In this document: positions 1 to 13,581 of the stretch, one piece after another | Numbering within the stretch: the first letter of the stretch is position 1 | Layout of the letters: each line of letters begins with the position of its first letter | Assembly (NCBI GenBank): GCA_002633005.1 | Contig: NMRA01000169.1 | Coordinates: forward strand, 651,595 to 715,594 | Reading direction: 5' to 3' | Origin: Phoronis australis | Lineage: Eukaryota; Animalia; Phoronida | DNA length: 64,000 bases | The notes under the pieces: model-generated | What the model saw: the letters and a program-made list of their open reading frames with translations, nothing else | Databases searched by the model: none | Told to the model about the DNA's origin: nothing | Position numbers and translations under genes: made by a program

Positions 1-540
1 TCACCTCTGAAATATACCATCACCACCTTGAGTTACAGTATAGTCTTCCACATGATTACCGTTGGGCAGTTTGAAACATTCTACTGACCCTAGCTAACAT
101 TCAACAATGTGATTATCTAGTACAGAGAATGGATTATTGTTTAGAGGTAAGTCACAATTTTTCACATTTCAAAATTTTCAAGTTGTCACACGGAGTCTCA
201 GTTCTCACAGTCTGCAGCCCACATTTTGAGCACCAGTTTTCTCCACTGAATAACGGGCAACAAACTACTTCTCAAAATGTGGGCACATTATATCCGATTA
301 CAGCGCAAAATCCAGTGTGAAGCTTACTGCTCTGCGATCAGGTTTATCATTTTACCACAAATAAATGTATTGATCTCTAAGTTAATTCCATCAAATTGTA
401 TATTAATTCTCATCCGAATTCAAGCACCAAATTCTCCACACAACGTAATGATTTTTCTCCCAAAGTATTTTTTGAACAGAAATAATTATTCATGAATACG
501 TCAGTCCAGAGACTACAAACAAATGTAGGGTCTCAAAATT

Positions 541-701
541 CACAAGGGGTCTAGGGACACAAGGGTCTAGTAACACAAGGGGTCTAGGGACACAAGGGTC
601 TAGGGACGCAACGGGTCTAGTTACACAAAGGGTCTAGTGACACAAGGGGTCTAGGGACACAAGATGTCTAGAGACACAAGGGATCTGGGGACACAAGGGT
701 C
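541..701. repeat. Minisatellite, 16-17-bp unit (CACAAGGGGTCTAGGGA) x ~10
   Basis: Direct reading of tandem units. Confidence 0.9.
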
Positions 702-881
702 ATAACTTACATTTAAGCATGAATTCAGGTAGTTAAGTGGGATTGTGAAGCCCAACAATTGCCCTCATGCTTGCAAACACCCTAAATTTTAATCCTGTTC
801 CCATTCAAAAAACAAAAAATGCCTTTGTTCTTTAGCACCACCTAGTGAATTCTGATCCACCCATTAATCCATAAAACTCAC

Positions 882-1118
882 CTGTGACCTTGTAAGCTGG
901 TCCTCGTTCCCCCTTCACACCAGGATTCCCCTGCGGCCCAGTGTCTCCCTTATCACCCTTGACACCACCACTTCCAGTTGGCCCCTTGGCTCCTACCGCC
1001 CCTACATTCCCCTTCGGACCCTCTGGTCCAGGTGGTCCTTTGGGACCAGATGTTCCAGTGTCGCCTTTATCACCCTGATTTCCCTGGTCACCTTTCGGGC
1101 CAGCACTACCAGCTGTAC
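882..1118 (-). CDS. Collagen-like gene exon (Gly-X-Y x25), phase 1-1
   Basis: ttcacag acceptor and gtgagt donor; translates [12 protein letters not shown]...[10 protein letters not shown]. Confidence 0.9.
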
Positions 1119-4100
1119 CTGTGAAGAAAGCCAAGAAAAAAATAAGAATTTCACACTAAAACAGACCTGCACAAACCAACTGTGATCACATTTCCTCCAT
1201 TGTGTTATTATAAAAGGATGTTTTCAAAGGTTTAAGTGTTAACTGACTTTCAATACATGCAATTTGCACGGAGTTTAGCGTGTGCACTCTGTGCTGACAC
1301 ACAAAATACCATCACTCTGACATAACCAAACGATTGTAATCAATTGTTTTGCATTACATACAATCATTGTATGACCTCAAAACATGACATCGTTCCCAAA
1401 ATATAATCCATTGACCTTTGTCCATTCCAAGCATCTCCTGGAAGTTTTTTAGATGTCTCTACAAAGCTACTACCTGACTGACCAAAAGAGTAATCGACAT
1501 ATGATCGAAAGTCTAAACACAACTGCCTTCCACAAATTACTAACAGCAGATGAGATTACATGAGGAAACAATTTATGGACTTTACACTTCCTCAATTTGT
1601 TGGTTTTCATGTCATTGAGGGGTGAAAACCAACACATTGACCTCCGTGAAAGTCAACAAAAGTATGAGATTAACTACTGTGCAATAGATTGGTATAAATG
1701 CCAACAATTTATGTACAGTTGAGAAACACAAATGTAATTATAAGAAACACTGACTTTAAGCACATGTTAATTGAATAAATTGTATCATCTTGCAAATTCT
1801 CTGACCATATATACAGTAAATAATTTTTGATTATTAAATAAAAAACAAAAAATAATTAAGCAAAAATTTCTTTAGTGCTCTTATTTCACTTATAAATGAT
1901 TTTCCAGTTACTGCTACATAAACATAGACTTCCCCAACACAATTGCTTTCAGTAAACACACAACACAAGCTCTGCTTACCCTTCACACCAGGTGGCCCCT
2001 GTGTCCCTTGACTTCCTTGTGGACCCTCTGGTCCTTTAGGTCCTGCATCGCCTCTCACGCCCTGCAACCCTTGCAAACCAGTATCCCCCTTGGTGCCCTG
2101 TGACCCCTTCGGACCCTGATCGCCTTTAGGGCCCTACATGAGATAGAAACCACTCAATGCTCAAATACTGTTCATGTTTTACCAGAAGCTAGTTAATGTC
2201 TTCCTAAAACCATGTCAGAGATGATGTGGTAACATCATTTCTAAAATCTCATGAACTATTTACACCAACCTCCAGCCAATTTGCATTGGCACGATGTTTC
2301 AGCCCATCACTTTTACAGCCATCTTCAGGTGTTACAGCGTTTGTAGAAGAATGAGCACAGGAGTGTTGTACACTCATGGTGCACTTTTTTATTTTTCTTC
2401 ATGCATAAGGCTAGGATTGAAGTTGGGACCTTTATATTATCAGTGCACCACAGAGTCATCAAAGAAATGACTGGTCAAAATGTTGTGGGCTAGTAGTTGG
2501 ACAGGTGTAAATAGATGAACAGACTTTAGAAATGATGTTAACCGCTAGTTAGCTACATAGTTAGTAGACATAACTGCATCACCCAGCGCCAAATACATTT
2601 TGAGGACACGTAAACTGCAGAGTGGAGTCAATAAAACACAATAAAATTGTTATTTCAACTTAACGCGTTATGAAACTTTCAAGACAAGATGGACACACAT
2701 TGTCATGATACTCTAAAATGATGACATCATCCTTTGCACCAGTTATTTCCAAGGCATTTTGCATTCAGGATTTTATGTGAAAAAGCACTATTCATGAAAA
2801 GTTTTGGTTGAAACTATGCGCCACCTCTTCTCATGTCTAACATTTCAAACAAGAATCCTGAATCAGAACTGATTTGAATTTGAGTTCATCAAATCTCCAC
2901 AATGTAGCCATTACATCAATCACAGTTCGACCAAACATGTCCTAAATGGATTTGGCAATTTAATCGTCTTCCCATAGTCTGCCAATGTTGTTAACCTGTA
3001 GTTATCTCCCATATAAAATGAAGATTAGTTGGGTCAAGAACAGTAGCCAACTCACCAATTGGCGCGTTTGATAGCACTGCGGTAACTTGCCGAAAGGCAA
3101 ACGTGACAGTGAAAGAGTCAAACAAGCTAAAGATTACTATAACTAAAACAAGCCAAAGTGTACTTCTTAATGAAGCTGAGAACCAAACTGAGGCTATGAG
3201 AGCCACAAACAAATATCGTTAACAACTACATCGAAGAGGTCTTGCATAATATGATAAGCTATACTGATGTCAGGCAAAGACAGATCTGAAGCTTAAACAT
3301 CTAACCAAGGTCAAACTTTGGGCCAGGATTAAGTTAAGATTGTGACTTGGGGTTATGGCTAGAATTTGACTGAAGGCCATATTGCATTTAGCACACAAAA
3401 TGACAAGTAACTTTCACTTTACTGAGTCTACCCTTCTGCAACAATGATTCGCCAGCTCTTCCCAAGGTCAAGGGTCACTTCAATCTGAGAATGCTTTTAA
3501 TTTCAAGTGTTCCAATTCAAATATTGGTGTTTCTGACATCCAAAATCGNATGTTAATTGAATAAATTGTATCATCTTGCAAATTCTCTGCCCATACATAC
3601 AGTAAATAATATTTGCTTATTAAATAAAAAAACAAAAAATAATAAAGCAAAAATTTCTTTAGTGCTCTTATTTTCCAGTTTTTGCTACATAAACACAGAT
3701 TTCCCCAACACAATTGCTTTCAGTAAACACACAACACAAGCTCTGCTTACCCTTCACACCAGGTGGCCCCTGTGTCCCTTGACTTCCTTGAGGACCCTCT
3801 GGTCCTTTAGGTCCTGCATCGCCTCTCACGCCCTGCAACCCTTGCAAACCAGTATCCCCTTTGGCGCCCTGTGACCCCTTCGGACCCTGATCGCCTTTAG
3901 GGCCCTACATGAGATGGAAACCACTCAATGCTCAAATACTGTTCATGTTTTACCAGAAGCTAGTTAATGTCTTCCTAAAACCATGAAATGATATAGTAAC
4001 ATCATTTCTAAGATCTCATGAACTATTTACACCAACATACAGCCAATTTGCATTGGCACGATGTTTCAGCCGGTCACTTTTACAGCCATCTACAGGTGTT

Positions 4101-7100
4101 ACAGTGTTCGTAGAAGAATGAGCACAGGTGTGTTGTACACTCATGGTGCACTTTTTTATTTTTCTTCATGCATAAGGCTAGGATTGAAGTTGGGACCTTC
4201 ATATTATCAGTGCACCACAGTCATCAAAGAAATGACTGTTCAAAATGTTGTGGGCTAGTAGTTGGTGTAAATAGATGAACAGACTTTAGAAATGATGTTA
4301 ACCGCTAGTTAGCTACATAGTTAGTAGACATAACTGCATTACCCAGCGCCAAATACATTTTGAGGACACGTAAACTGCAGAGTGGAGTCACTAAAACACA
4401 ATAAAATTGTTATTTCAACTTAACGCGTTATGAAACTTTCAAGACAAGATGGACACACATTGTCATGATACTCTAAAATGATGACATCATCCTTTGCACC
4501 AGTTATTTCCAAGGCATTTTGCATTCAGGATTTTATGTGAAAAAGCACTATTCATGAAAAGTTTTGGTTGAAACTATGCGCCACCTCTTCTCATGTCTAA
4601 CATTTCAAACAAGAATCCTGAATCAGAACTGATTTGAATTTGAGTTCATCAAATCTCCACAATGTAGCCATTACATCAATCACAGTTCGACCAAACATGT
4701 CCTAAATGGATTTGGCAATTTAATCGTCTTCCCATAGTCTGCCAATGTTGTTAACCTGTAGTTATCTCCCATATAAAATGAAGATTAGTTGGGTCAAGAA
4801 CAGTAGCCAACTCACCAATTGGCGCGTTTGATAGCACTGCGGTAACTTGCCGAAAGGCAAACGTGACAGTGAAAGAGTCAAACAAGCTAAAGATTACTAT
4901 AATAACTAAAACAAGCCAAAGTGTACTTCTTAATGAAGCTGAGAACCAAACTGAGGCTATGAGAGCCACAAACAAATATCGTTAACAACTACATCGAAGA
5001 GGTCTTGCATAATATGATAAGCTATACTGATGTCAGGCAAAGACAGATCTGAAGCTTAAACATCTAACCAAGGTCAAACTTTGGGCCAGGATTAAGTTAA
5101 GATTGTGACTTGGGGTTATGGCTAGAATTTGACTGAAGGCCATATTGCATTTAGCACACAAAATGACAAGTAACTTTCACTTTACTGAGTCTACCCTTCT
5201 GCAACAATGATTCGCCAGCTCTTCCCAAGGTCAAGGGTCACTTCAATCTGAGAATGCTTTTAATTTCAAGTGTTCCAATTCAAATATTGGTGTTTCTGAC
5301 ATCCAAAATCGACCAAGGCAAGTAGTTTGGGAAATTTCACAGGTTTGCAAACAAGAAGGTTCTTACCTGTGAACCAGACGGTCCATCGGGGCCTTTGTCT
5401 CCCTTGGTTCCGTTCAGCCCTGGTGGCCCAGGAGGTCCAGGAATGTACTCCACTTTGGAGGTCGTCGTTGGCGTCTCAGTTGTAGTAGGTCCAGCAGTTG
5501 TCGTGGGATCCTGAAAAGCTATAAAGAGAGCAATAACATTAATTTTATAAACTTCCTTCTTGTCCTTGACATTAACCAGTTGGCTGCGGAGAGAATTCAA
5601 CAGTTAGTGGATGATAGAAATGTCAAACTGCCTCCATGAGACGGACGTTAATTCAAGAGAGCAAACTGACTTAATTTTTCTTTATTCTCAAAAAGAATGT
5701 TAGGTATGTTGATTATTAACTTATTTCGGGTTTTATGCCAAATTAATTCGCAAAATACAAGGCATTTTTGTAAAAAATCAAATCAGTGGTTTATTAGTAT
5801 ATCACTCCATACGCGAAAACTAGGCAATTCGAAGCAAAATCTCAACAGTGTTTTTTAGGCATAATGTAAAAGTTTTTATTTGAAGCTTTAGTAAAATTCA
5901 CCGTGGGAGTGGGAGGGTTATTTTCCTGTGAATGTATCTTTCTTGTAGGGGGAAATTTGACTTAAAAAACATGGTCACAGTAGACAAAGACACAGTAGTA
6001 AGGAGCATATTTTTAGAATTTTCAATCTTTGTCCTTTCAGAAAATAAATACTGTTAATGGTTGACAAAGCATATTTTTTATATCTGACTTACAGCTGAAG
6101 TCATTTATTAAGGTTCTAGATAACCTTCAATGATCAAGGCCCACACTTGGATGGAATGGATTTAATCTACCGAGAAAGCACAAGACCAGACCAGCCCCAG
6201 TACACCACAGTACAATACCAGACTAGCCCCAGTATACCAAAGTACAAGACCAGACTAGCCCCAGTATACCACAGTACAAGACCAGACTAGCCCCAGTATA
6301 CCACAGTACAAGACCAGACCAGCCCCAGTATACCACAGTACAAGATCAAACTAGCCCCAGTATACCACAGTACAAGACCGGACCAGCCCCAGTAAGTGCC
6401 CAACAAGTGCACTTCAACTTGCAATAAAAAATGTCGTTGATGTGAGAGACAATAAGTTTCAACATACAGTATGAATTGAGCTATAACTTGCAAATACAGT
6501 AACCTTTACTCAAATTCAAACAAAATACTGGCTAAAAATAGTTGTTTCTGTCAATTTTCATATGTTCGCAGAATTGCCAAAAATGTTCAAATTTCATTGT
6601 GAGTTTGTTGATGACATCTGTAATGTAAAGATTTCAAATTGATGTACTTGGGTAGCACATTTTCCGTTACACAAATTTGTTAAAGACACGACACTTCTTG
6701 TTGTAAACATTCCGTTCCTAACCTTGGAACAAAGTAATTGAGGCTCGACAGAACATTGGTGAAGTAACTGAACAAGAGACATGATTAAAAGACATACGAA
6801 ATTTCGAAACACACTTGTTTCATTCTCGAGCGTGACTTTCCCCCCATTTGTCATTCTTCGCAGTACTTCAAGCCTGCCGTGTCCCACTGTGTATGTTACA
6901 AGCTTTTGCTCTGTGGTGGTATTAATGCGTCATTTTATCATGATGTCTCTTAGTCAGATACTTTACCAATGTTCAGTTTTGCATAAATAATGAAGTACTA
7001 TTTTGTTTCTTGTTTACTGTTCTTGAAAACTTTGATAACATAAAATTTTACTGTTCCGTCATATTTTGTTCTAACTTTAAGAAACTTCAATATAATTTGA

Positions 7101-10100
7101 AGCGGTCAAATTTTGGAAGGGGTAGAGCCATAGTTTTCTGAAGCATTTTGGACTCATTAGGTGTAGAACAGGAAACCCAAAACCTCTCCATAGCCCCCTG
7201 CCAGCGAGATTTCCTTTGATCTCATGCAAATACCAACTTTCCTCAGTTATCTACAGTGCCAATGAAAAACTACCATGCTGAGCATGTTAGGTTTATTGAC
7301 TCAGATTACAAACCACACAGCTGCCTGGCTATACTGAAATATTGTGTCAGGTAGTTTTTGCAATTCTGTGTTTCTGAAACACAAAAATTTGTCCGTAAAC
7401 AATTACGTTACAGTATCTTGATGTGACCAGTTTAACAGCACATGTATTGTTCAGTGGTGATTCCTGCAGTCAGACCAACAGATGGCGTGATAAGGGCTAC
7501 TGCTAACATAACTGATATGGCTTGAGCCCATCATTAGAGGGTAATCGTACAGTAACCTGACTTGTCAGAGAACAGTCTCAGCCACATTTTGAGTTTCCGT
7601 ATTCTGCCTAATGTAGTAAACTCGTGGTAACTAAAATACAGTCCAACAGGATTTGTCATTGAGAGATAACCAGCGACTGAACTGAGCACTCCAGTCAAAT
7701 TTCGGAATGGGTCACCCAGCTGCCAGATTTTTAGAAGGATACGGTGGACAAGTGATATTTCTCAGAAAAGCTTGGATTGAACAGACTCGTATTAGTAGCA
7801 AGACAATCAACCTTTGAAAAAAAGAAAAAAATTCAATTTTTGCAATTATTTCCATGCAATAAGTGAAGAATTGCCCCAAATAGGCTGATATTAAAGTTCT
7901 CTTCGCTTGGGACAGAAAATGCAAATTGACATAGAAAAAACTTTAGTTTTGGCAATACTGTGGGAACCGACTCGAGGACAACAACTACAGCCCCACAGAT
8001 GGAGCAGCGGCACACTTACGTTCGATCTGAACTCCGATGTCATAGCGGTACTGCGCATCGGCGGCAGATTCTCTCAGCATGTAAATGCTACCCGTCTGAG
8101 GGACGCCAGACGCACTCACTAGGTATCTGTAGATCTTTTCATTCACCTCATTCGGTCCAACTGGTTTACGGCCAATTGGAAACGAAGACGAGTAGGATGC
8201 AAATGCCATGACATCTCCACTGAACAACAGGGTGCTTGGTAAGGGTATCTGCAATACAACACCCACTGGTCATCTAGATTCATTTATTAGAATTCCTGAT
8301 GACACAAAGGTGCCATGAAACAGCTTTTATTAGTCAAAAAGTAACTTTAGGTCCAGGCCGCAGTAAAATCTTACTAATTTAGGACACAATAAGGTGGACA
8401 GGTGAAATTTTATTATCTCATTTTTTTCACCGAACAAATACATGTTCCCTCAGTTTTAAGCTATATACTACAGCTACCACAATACAAAGTGTCGAGCCTT
8501 TTAAAAATGAAAAAAAGGCAATTACTTTTCTTTCAAAATTGGTGAGATATTACCACAGGGTTACAAAAATGGTCTCAGCTGGACCTCCCTCTGGTTAGGA
8601 GTGAGTTCTGGGCTTGAGAACAACCGACACAATGGTAGTGCTAGAGAGTTTGAGACCTTGAGGACAACCGACACAATGTCAGTGTACAGAGTTTGAGACC
8701 TTACTTGGCACATAAAATACCAAACTGGGTCAATCCAACTTATTAAGCCTGTTTCCAAACAATAGCATGGTGTCTATTCTTCCCAGACATCCCACCTAAT
8801 CTGACTCAAATGTTGTCAACCCACAGTCTTACCCCAGACCAAGTTATCAAGGAGTTGTTGCTAGGTTTGGGTGCTGTCTGAATGCGACTTGCACCCACAT
8901 TTGATAACTAACTCCACCTTATTGAGGTAGGGTAACTACAATTGTTCTAGGGTAACTTGAGCCACTTCTAAGCACTGTGTAGATGCAAACCTGGATTGAG
9001 GCAGAAGTATCAGCTAATGGTATTCGCAGCAGATGCCATTCTCACAGAGGGACAACTTCCACCTAATTATCAGATATACATGCGTGTGAATGCTCCACTT
9101 AAAAGTGGCGTAAGTTGCACCAGTGCAAGTTGTTTTGGGGTAGGTCTGTGTGTGGACAGGACTTTAGGAACAACGAGAGACCAGTTTAATAATAAGTTGC
9201 ATGAATGAAAAGTTTTAACAGGCAGAAGGTGTCTTTTCTCCTCGTTTATAACCCTAGTCAATTTCTGGGGTCAGCTTTGCGGTGCTGCTTGTAATCACTA
9301 GAAATCAGAAGCATAAACGTCTAGGCTTTTCAGTAAATGTACAACATGAAATAAAATTGGTAATTCTTGGACAATTTTGGAACTTCAAAAATCTATACTT
9401 ATCTAGTGAAATGGACTACAAGAGCAACCCAATGCGCCTAAAACAATAATGGACGAGGAAAATCTTGTGCAAAATTAAAATGGTCAACACAAGACAGGTT
9501 CCTCCATTCAAATATCACTGCATTTTGTGAGGGCATTATCATCACTCTGATAACCAATGATGTACATAGGTCACATTGCCCCTTTACATTGCTCAAGCGG
9601 GTTACACATTAGAGATTGGAACATAACAACAAAGGAACAGCAGTTGCAATGCATGCATGGTATTTCTTTATTCTTCTGTTGTTAGTTAATTGACTTTTGT
9701 GGTTCAAACAATGAAAAAGTTAAATTTTCGATCACGGACTTAGTTTAGTATGAAGTGTCTAAAATGGTTGGAAAAAATGTTGCCACACAAACAGGCACGC
9801 GATTATCACTGACACCCATCTTTGTTCTCTAATCCGCGAACAAAAGGAGCCAATCATAAATGATCAGCACCTGTGGGAATTGCCTACTGTAATCCCAATA
9901 GGTAAGAAATAGTTGCATTGAGTTTTGGGAAATGAGATGTAGTACCTTAAGACCTGTGACAGCTAGCGCCATCTGCATCAAATACTTCTATGTCAAGTTT
10001 CACCAAAATCTGTTAAACCTTTTGACAAAAATCAGCAAACAACCAACAACTTGCTCAAAACTAAAATGGCCAACAGGGGGTGCTGCAATAGTCAGATCCA

Positions 10101-13100
10101 GTGTTTGGAAATCAAATGGTGTCAGCACATCAATTACAAAAAACATCCCATTTCCTTTCAACTCCTGACAGCGGTTTCTAAATCAAGGCAGGTACAGATT
10201 ACAATTTTGTGACCCCATGCTTGAACTGAGAAATTACCTAACATGCATTTTTTTAATTCCAAACAATTTGAAAACTTGCCAGATTTAGTACATGATATAT
10301 TAATTTATTTTAGGACTGGTGTTTTATTGCCGTCAAATCAGTTGCAAATGGGTTGATTGTCCTACTCTGCACAATAGGACTTTAGATCAGGTTCCTAGAT
10401 AAACGCCTACTGAACAGAACAAACGGTCAAAATGACAATATACGAACTCAGAATTTTCAGCGAGCAGACGAAACTGACAATTCAAAATGACCCACTTACA
10501 TCCATGCGGCCAAGTTTTGAAGGCGTGACACTCTGGCTGAACTTCAACTTATACTTCAAGACCGGCTGAATGTATCGCCATATCTGAATATGGAACTCCT
10601 CCAGATTTGTTACATACACTGATGCAGCCTTCAGCGTACCATATGGGAGCTCTATTTCGCTGAAGATGTAGGAGCCAGCATCACTAGTAAATGCTTGACT
10701 AGTGCCGTCAAACGTTGCGGGATCATGGTTATACCAACTCAAAGCTGAAAAGATGAAATTTTTTTAATGACATCACTTCACAATAACTGCAGGTTTTTAC
10801 AAGCCTGGGGGAACACTAATACGTGCTTAACTGGCTGACTTTGAAAACATAATTCCAGGACATCGGCAAACACTTCATGTGCCTTTTTATTGGTCTTAGA
10901 CTGGAGATATTTTACCTTTTAAGCATATCCATATTTATCGTAAAAAATGGCATGAGAAGAGTGGAGGCAATAAGACCTTATGATATGCACAATGGAACAC
11001 AAAAATGCCAATAAAACCCCGTAATTATAATAATTCAAGTACTGCAGTACGATAACAACAGACATAATGAAAAGAAAAGTTCACTGATTTTATCTTTCAA
11101 ATCCGTACCTACACCAATTAGTGGCCCCTACAGCATCAGACATGACACGCAAATGCACGGACTCTTGAGGGGCCCAGGTGTAGGGACACACACCAGAGTG
11201 GCCCCTACAGCATCAGACATGACACGCAAATGCACGGACTCTTGAGGGGCCCAGGTATAGGGACACACGCCAGAGTGGCCCCTACAGCATCAGACATGAC
11301 ACACAAATGCACGGACTCTTGAGGGGCCCAGGTGTAGGGATCCACGCCAGAGTCAAATATATATATAGCCGAAATGGACGAACTCTAATGACTCAACAGC
11401 AGCGCCATTATGTCATGATCACAGACCACTGAGTGAGTAATTGATTGAGGCTGGTCATGCAGGCAAAATTGAAAGACCTTCGTAATGCTAAGTTGATACA
11501 CATATAAACTTCAACTATAGGCACACCATAAATCGCTTTTGCATTACAATGCAGCTTCTCATTCATTCCCTAGCATACATTCACATTTGTTCAATGCTTG
11601 ACTGTCTGCCAGTGTTGGTCAGGATTTGAACCTGGGTCAGTGAAGAGCTCAAACTACTGAGCTACACTGTCTTCTCGTGAAGAACAACTCACCACTGAAA
11701 ACCCCATCAGTAACAACCAGTAGTAACACAGCAATGGAAGGTAGCGTCTTGGAAAACATCTAAAAATATAGGAGTCGGTGATAAAATAAATTGATAACTT
11801 ACGATAAACAACACATCGCTACTAAACCCATTGGACAAAAACTCCAAGTCCAGCACATTATAGAGAACGAAAAATTCCACCACAAAATATGGTTATTATA
11901 GTTGACAAAGAATTTTAGTAGATTATGTCTTCATCTTGCTTTCAGACTGAATCAGAGCAGAATTTTTGCATACACAAAATATCAATGTGCAACAGCTTCA
12001 CAAGAATCTATTAAAAATCACCCGATAATTATTTGACACTAATGCCCCAAGCTCAAATTACTCAATATTTTAAAGTAAAAACAACTACAGCAAAAGTAAA
12101 AAAGTAGCAATTATTTGAGAAATNATACCAACTCAAAGCTGAAAAGATGAAATTTTTTTACTGACATCACTTCACAATAACTGCAGGTTTTTACAAGCCT
12201 GGGGGAACACTAATACGTGCTTAACTGGCTGCATGAAAACATAATTCCAGGACATCGGCAAACACTTCATGTGCCTTTTTATTGGTCTTAGACTGGAGAT
12301 ATTTTACCTTTTAAGCATATCCATATTTATCGTAAAAAACAGCATGAGAAGAGTGGAGGCAATAAGAGATTATGATATGCACAATGGAACACAAAAATGC
12401 CAATAAACCCCCGTAATTATAATAATTCTGCAGTACGATAACAACAGACATAATGAAAAGAAAAGTTCACTGATTTTATCTTTCAAATCCGTGCCTACAC
12501 CAAAGTGGCCCCTACAGCATCAGACATGACACGCAAATGCACGGACTCTTAAGGGGCCCAGGTGTAGGGACACACGCCAGAGTGGCCCCTACAGCATCAG
12601 ACACGACACACAAATGCACGGACTCTTGAGGGGCCCAGGTGTAGGGACCCACGCCAGAGTCAATATATATATATATATAGCCGAAATGGACGAATTCTAA
12701 TGACTCAACAGCAGCGCCATTATGTCATGATCACAGACGACTGTCTGTTATTGTTCTTTACTAAACAAGGCAGCACCCATCCCCCTGCTTTCATGTAACA
12801 CTGAGTGAGTAATTGATTGAGGCTGGTAATGCAGGCAAAGTTGAAAGACCTTCGTATGCAAAGTTGATACACATATTAACTTCAACTATAGGCACAACCT
12901 AAATCGCTTTTGCATTACAATGCAGCTTCTCATTCATTCCCTAGCATACATTCACATTTGTGCAATGCTCGACTGTCTGCCAGTGTTGGTCAGGATTTGA
13001 ACGTGGGTCAGTGTAGAGCTCTACTACTGAGCCACACTGTCTTCTCGTGAAGAACAACTCACCACTGAAAACTCCATCAGTAACAACCAGCAGTAACACA

Positions 13101-13129
13101 ACAATGGAAGGTAGCGTCTTGGAAAACAT
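882..13129 (-). CDS. Secreted short-chain collagen-like protein (signal peptide + N-terminal globular domain + Thr-rich linker + collagen triple helix); 3' end lies beyond the left window edge
   Basis: Phase-consistent GT-AG exons: 13129-13063 ([22 protein letters not shown], signal-peptide-like; allelic copy 11759-11693), 10744-10500 (ALSWYNHDP...FHIQIWRY...GRMD), 8248-8020 (IPLPSTLL...[10 protein letters not shown]), 5518-5367 ([33 protein letters not shown]...), 3904-3751 (allelic copy 2133-1980; 17 Gly-X-Y), 1118-882 (25 Gly-X-Y then YKVT). Total 50 uninterrupted triplets. Confidence 0.85.
1980..2133 (-). CDS. Collagen-like gene exon (Gly-X-Y x17), copy/allele A
   Basis: 154 nt, tag acceptor, gtaagc donor; [21 protein letters not shown]...GPPGVK. 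Confidence 0.85.
3751..3904 (-). CDS. Collagen-like gene exon (Gly-X-Y x17), copy/allele B
   Basis: Near-identical to 1980-2133; differences I noted are ACC>GCC (T>A) and CCA>CCT (silent). Lies in the N-joined duplicate. Confidence 0.8.
6177..6394. repeat. Minisatellite, 32-bp unit (AGTACAAGACCAGACTAGCCCCAGTATACCAC) x ~6.7
   Basis: Direct reading of tandem units. Confidence 0.9.
8815..9166. mobile_element. MITE, same family as 46349-46760
   Basis: Colinear similarity; end GGGTAGGTCTGTGTGTGGACAGGACTTTA. Confidence 0.7.
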
Positions 13130-13507
13130 CTAAAAATATAGAAATTGGTGATAAAATAAATTGATAATAATTAGAAGTATTATACTCCAAAACAACGTAT
13201 CGCTACTAAACCCATTGGACAAAAACTCCAAGTCCCGCACATTATAGAGAATGAAAAATTCCACCACAAAATATGGTTATTATAGTTGACAAAGAATTTT
13301 AGTAGGTTATGTCTTCATCTTGCTTTCAGACTGAATCAGGGCAGAATTTTTGCATACACAAAATATCAATGTGCAACAGCTTCACAAGAATCTATTAAAA
13401 ATCATCCGACAATTATTTGACACTAATGCCCCAAGCTCAAATTACTCAATATTTTAAAGTAAAAACAACTACAGCAAAAGTAAAAAAGTAGCAATTATTT
13501 GAGAAAT
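10731..13507. other. N-joined tandem duplication (10731-12123 / 12125-13507), probable uncollapsed haplotypes
   Basis: Single N at 12124; the second copy starts in mid-exon. Confidence 0.8.
11120..11353. repeat. 77-bp tandem repeat x3 (x2 in the duplicate at 12504-12660)
   Basis: Units start at 11120, 11197, 11274, and at 12504, 12581. Confidence 0.9.
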
Positions 13508-13519
13508 AATCCCTCATAC

Positions 13520-13581
13520 CCGGCGACTTCAATGGAATTCCATACTTCGCTGGCGCACTAAAAATTAACCAACCTTTATAC
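13520..13581 (-). promoter_or_regulatory. Candidate TATA promoter and short non-coding first exon of the collagen-like gene
   Basis: Minus-strand GTATAAAG at 13581-13574 and a CGG|gtatga donor at 13519. The signal-peptide exon has an acceptor directly before its ATG, so an upstream UTR exon is expected. Confidence 0.5.

Larger units (their letters stand above)
1764..5311. other. N-joined tandem duplication (1764-3548 / 3550-5311), probable uncollapsed haplotypes
   Basis: Near-identical copies abutting a single N at 3549. Confidence 0.8.

Noticed and set aside
2991-3212. Hydrophobic 73/74-aa ORFs (also 4751-4975) resembling a small membrane protein
   Set aside because: Non-ATG start, intronic, repeated only because of the N-joined duplication, and no recognisable family.
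6093-6094. Apparent 2-nt microexon (ttcag|CT|gtaagt) that would repair the phase between collagen exons 8020 and 5510
   Set aside because: An alternative acceptor (ctctctttatag, 5519-5521) with a better pyrimidine tract restores the frame without it.
6177-6394. CRISPR-like periodicity in the 28-45-bp repeats (also 22557 and 36657)
   Set aside because: Head-to-tail units with no unique spacers, eukaryotic context, no cas genes.
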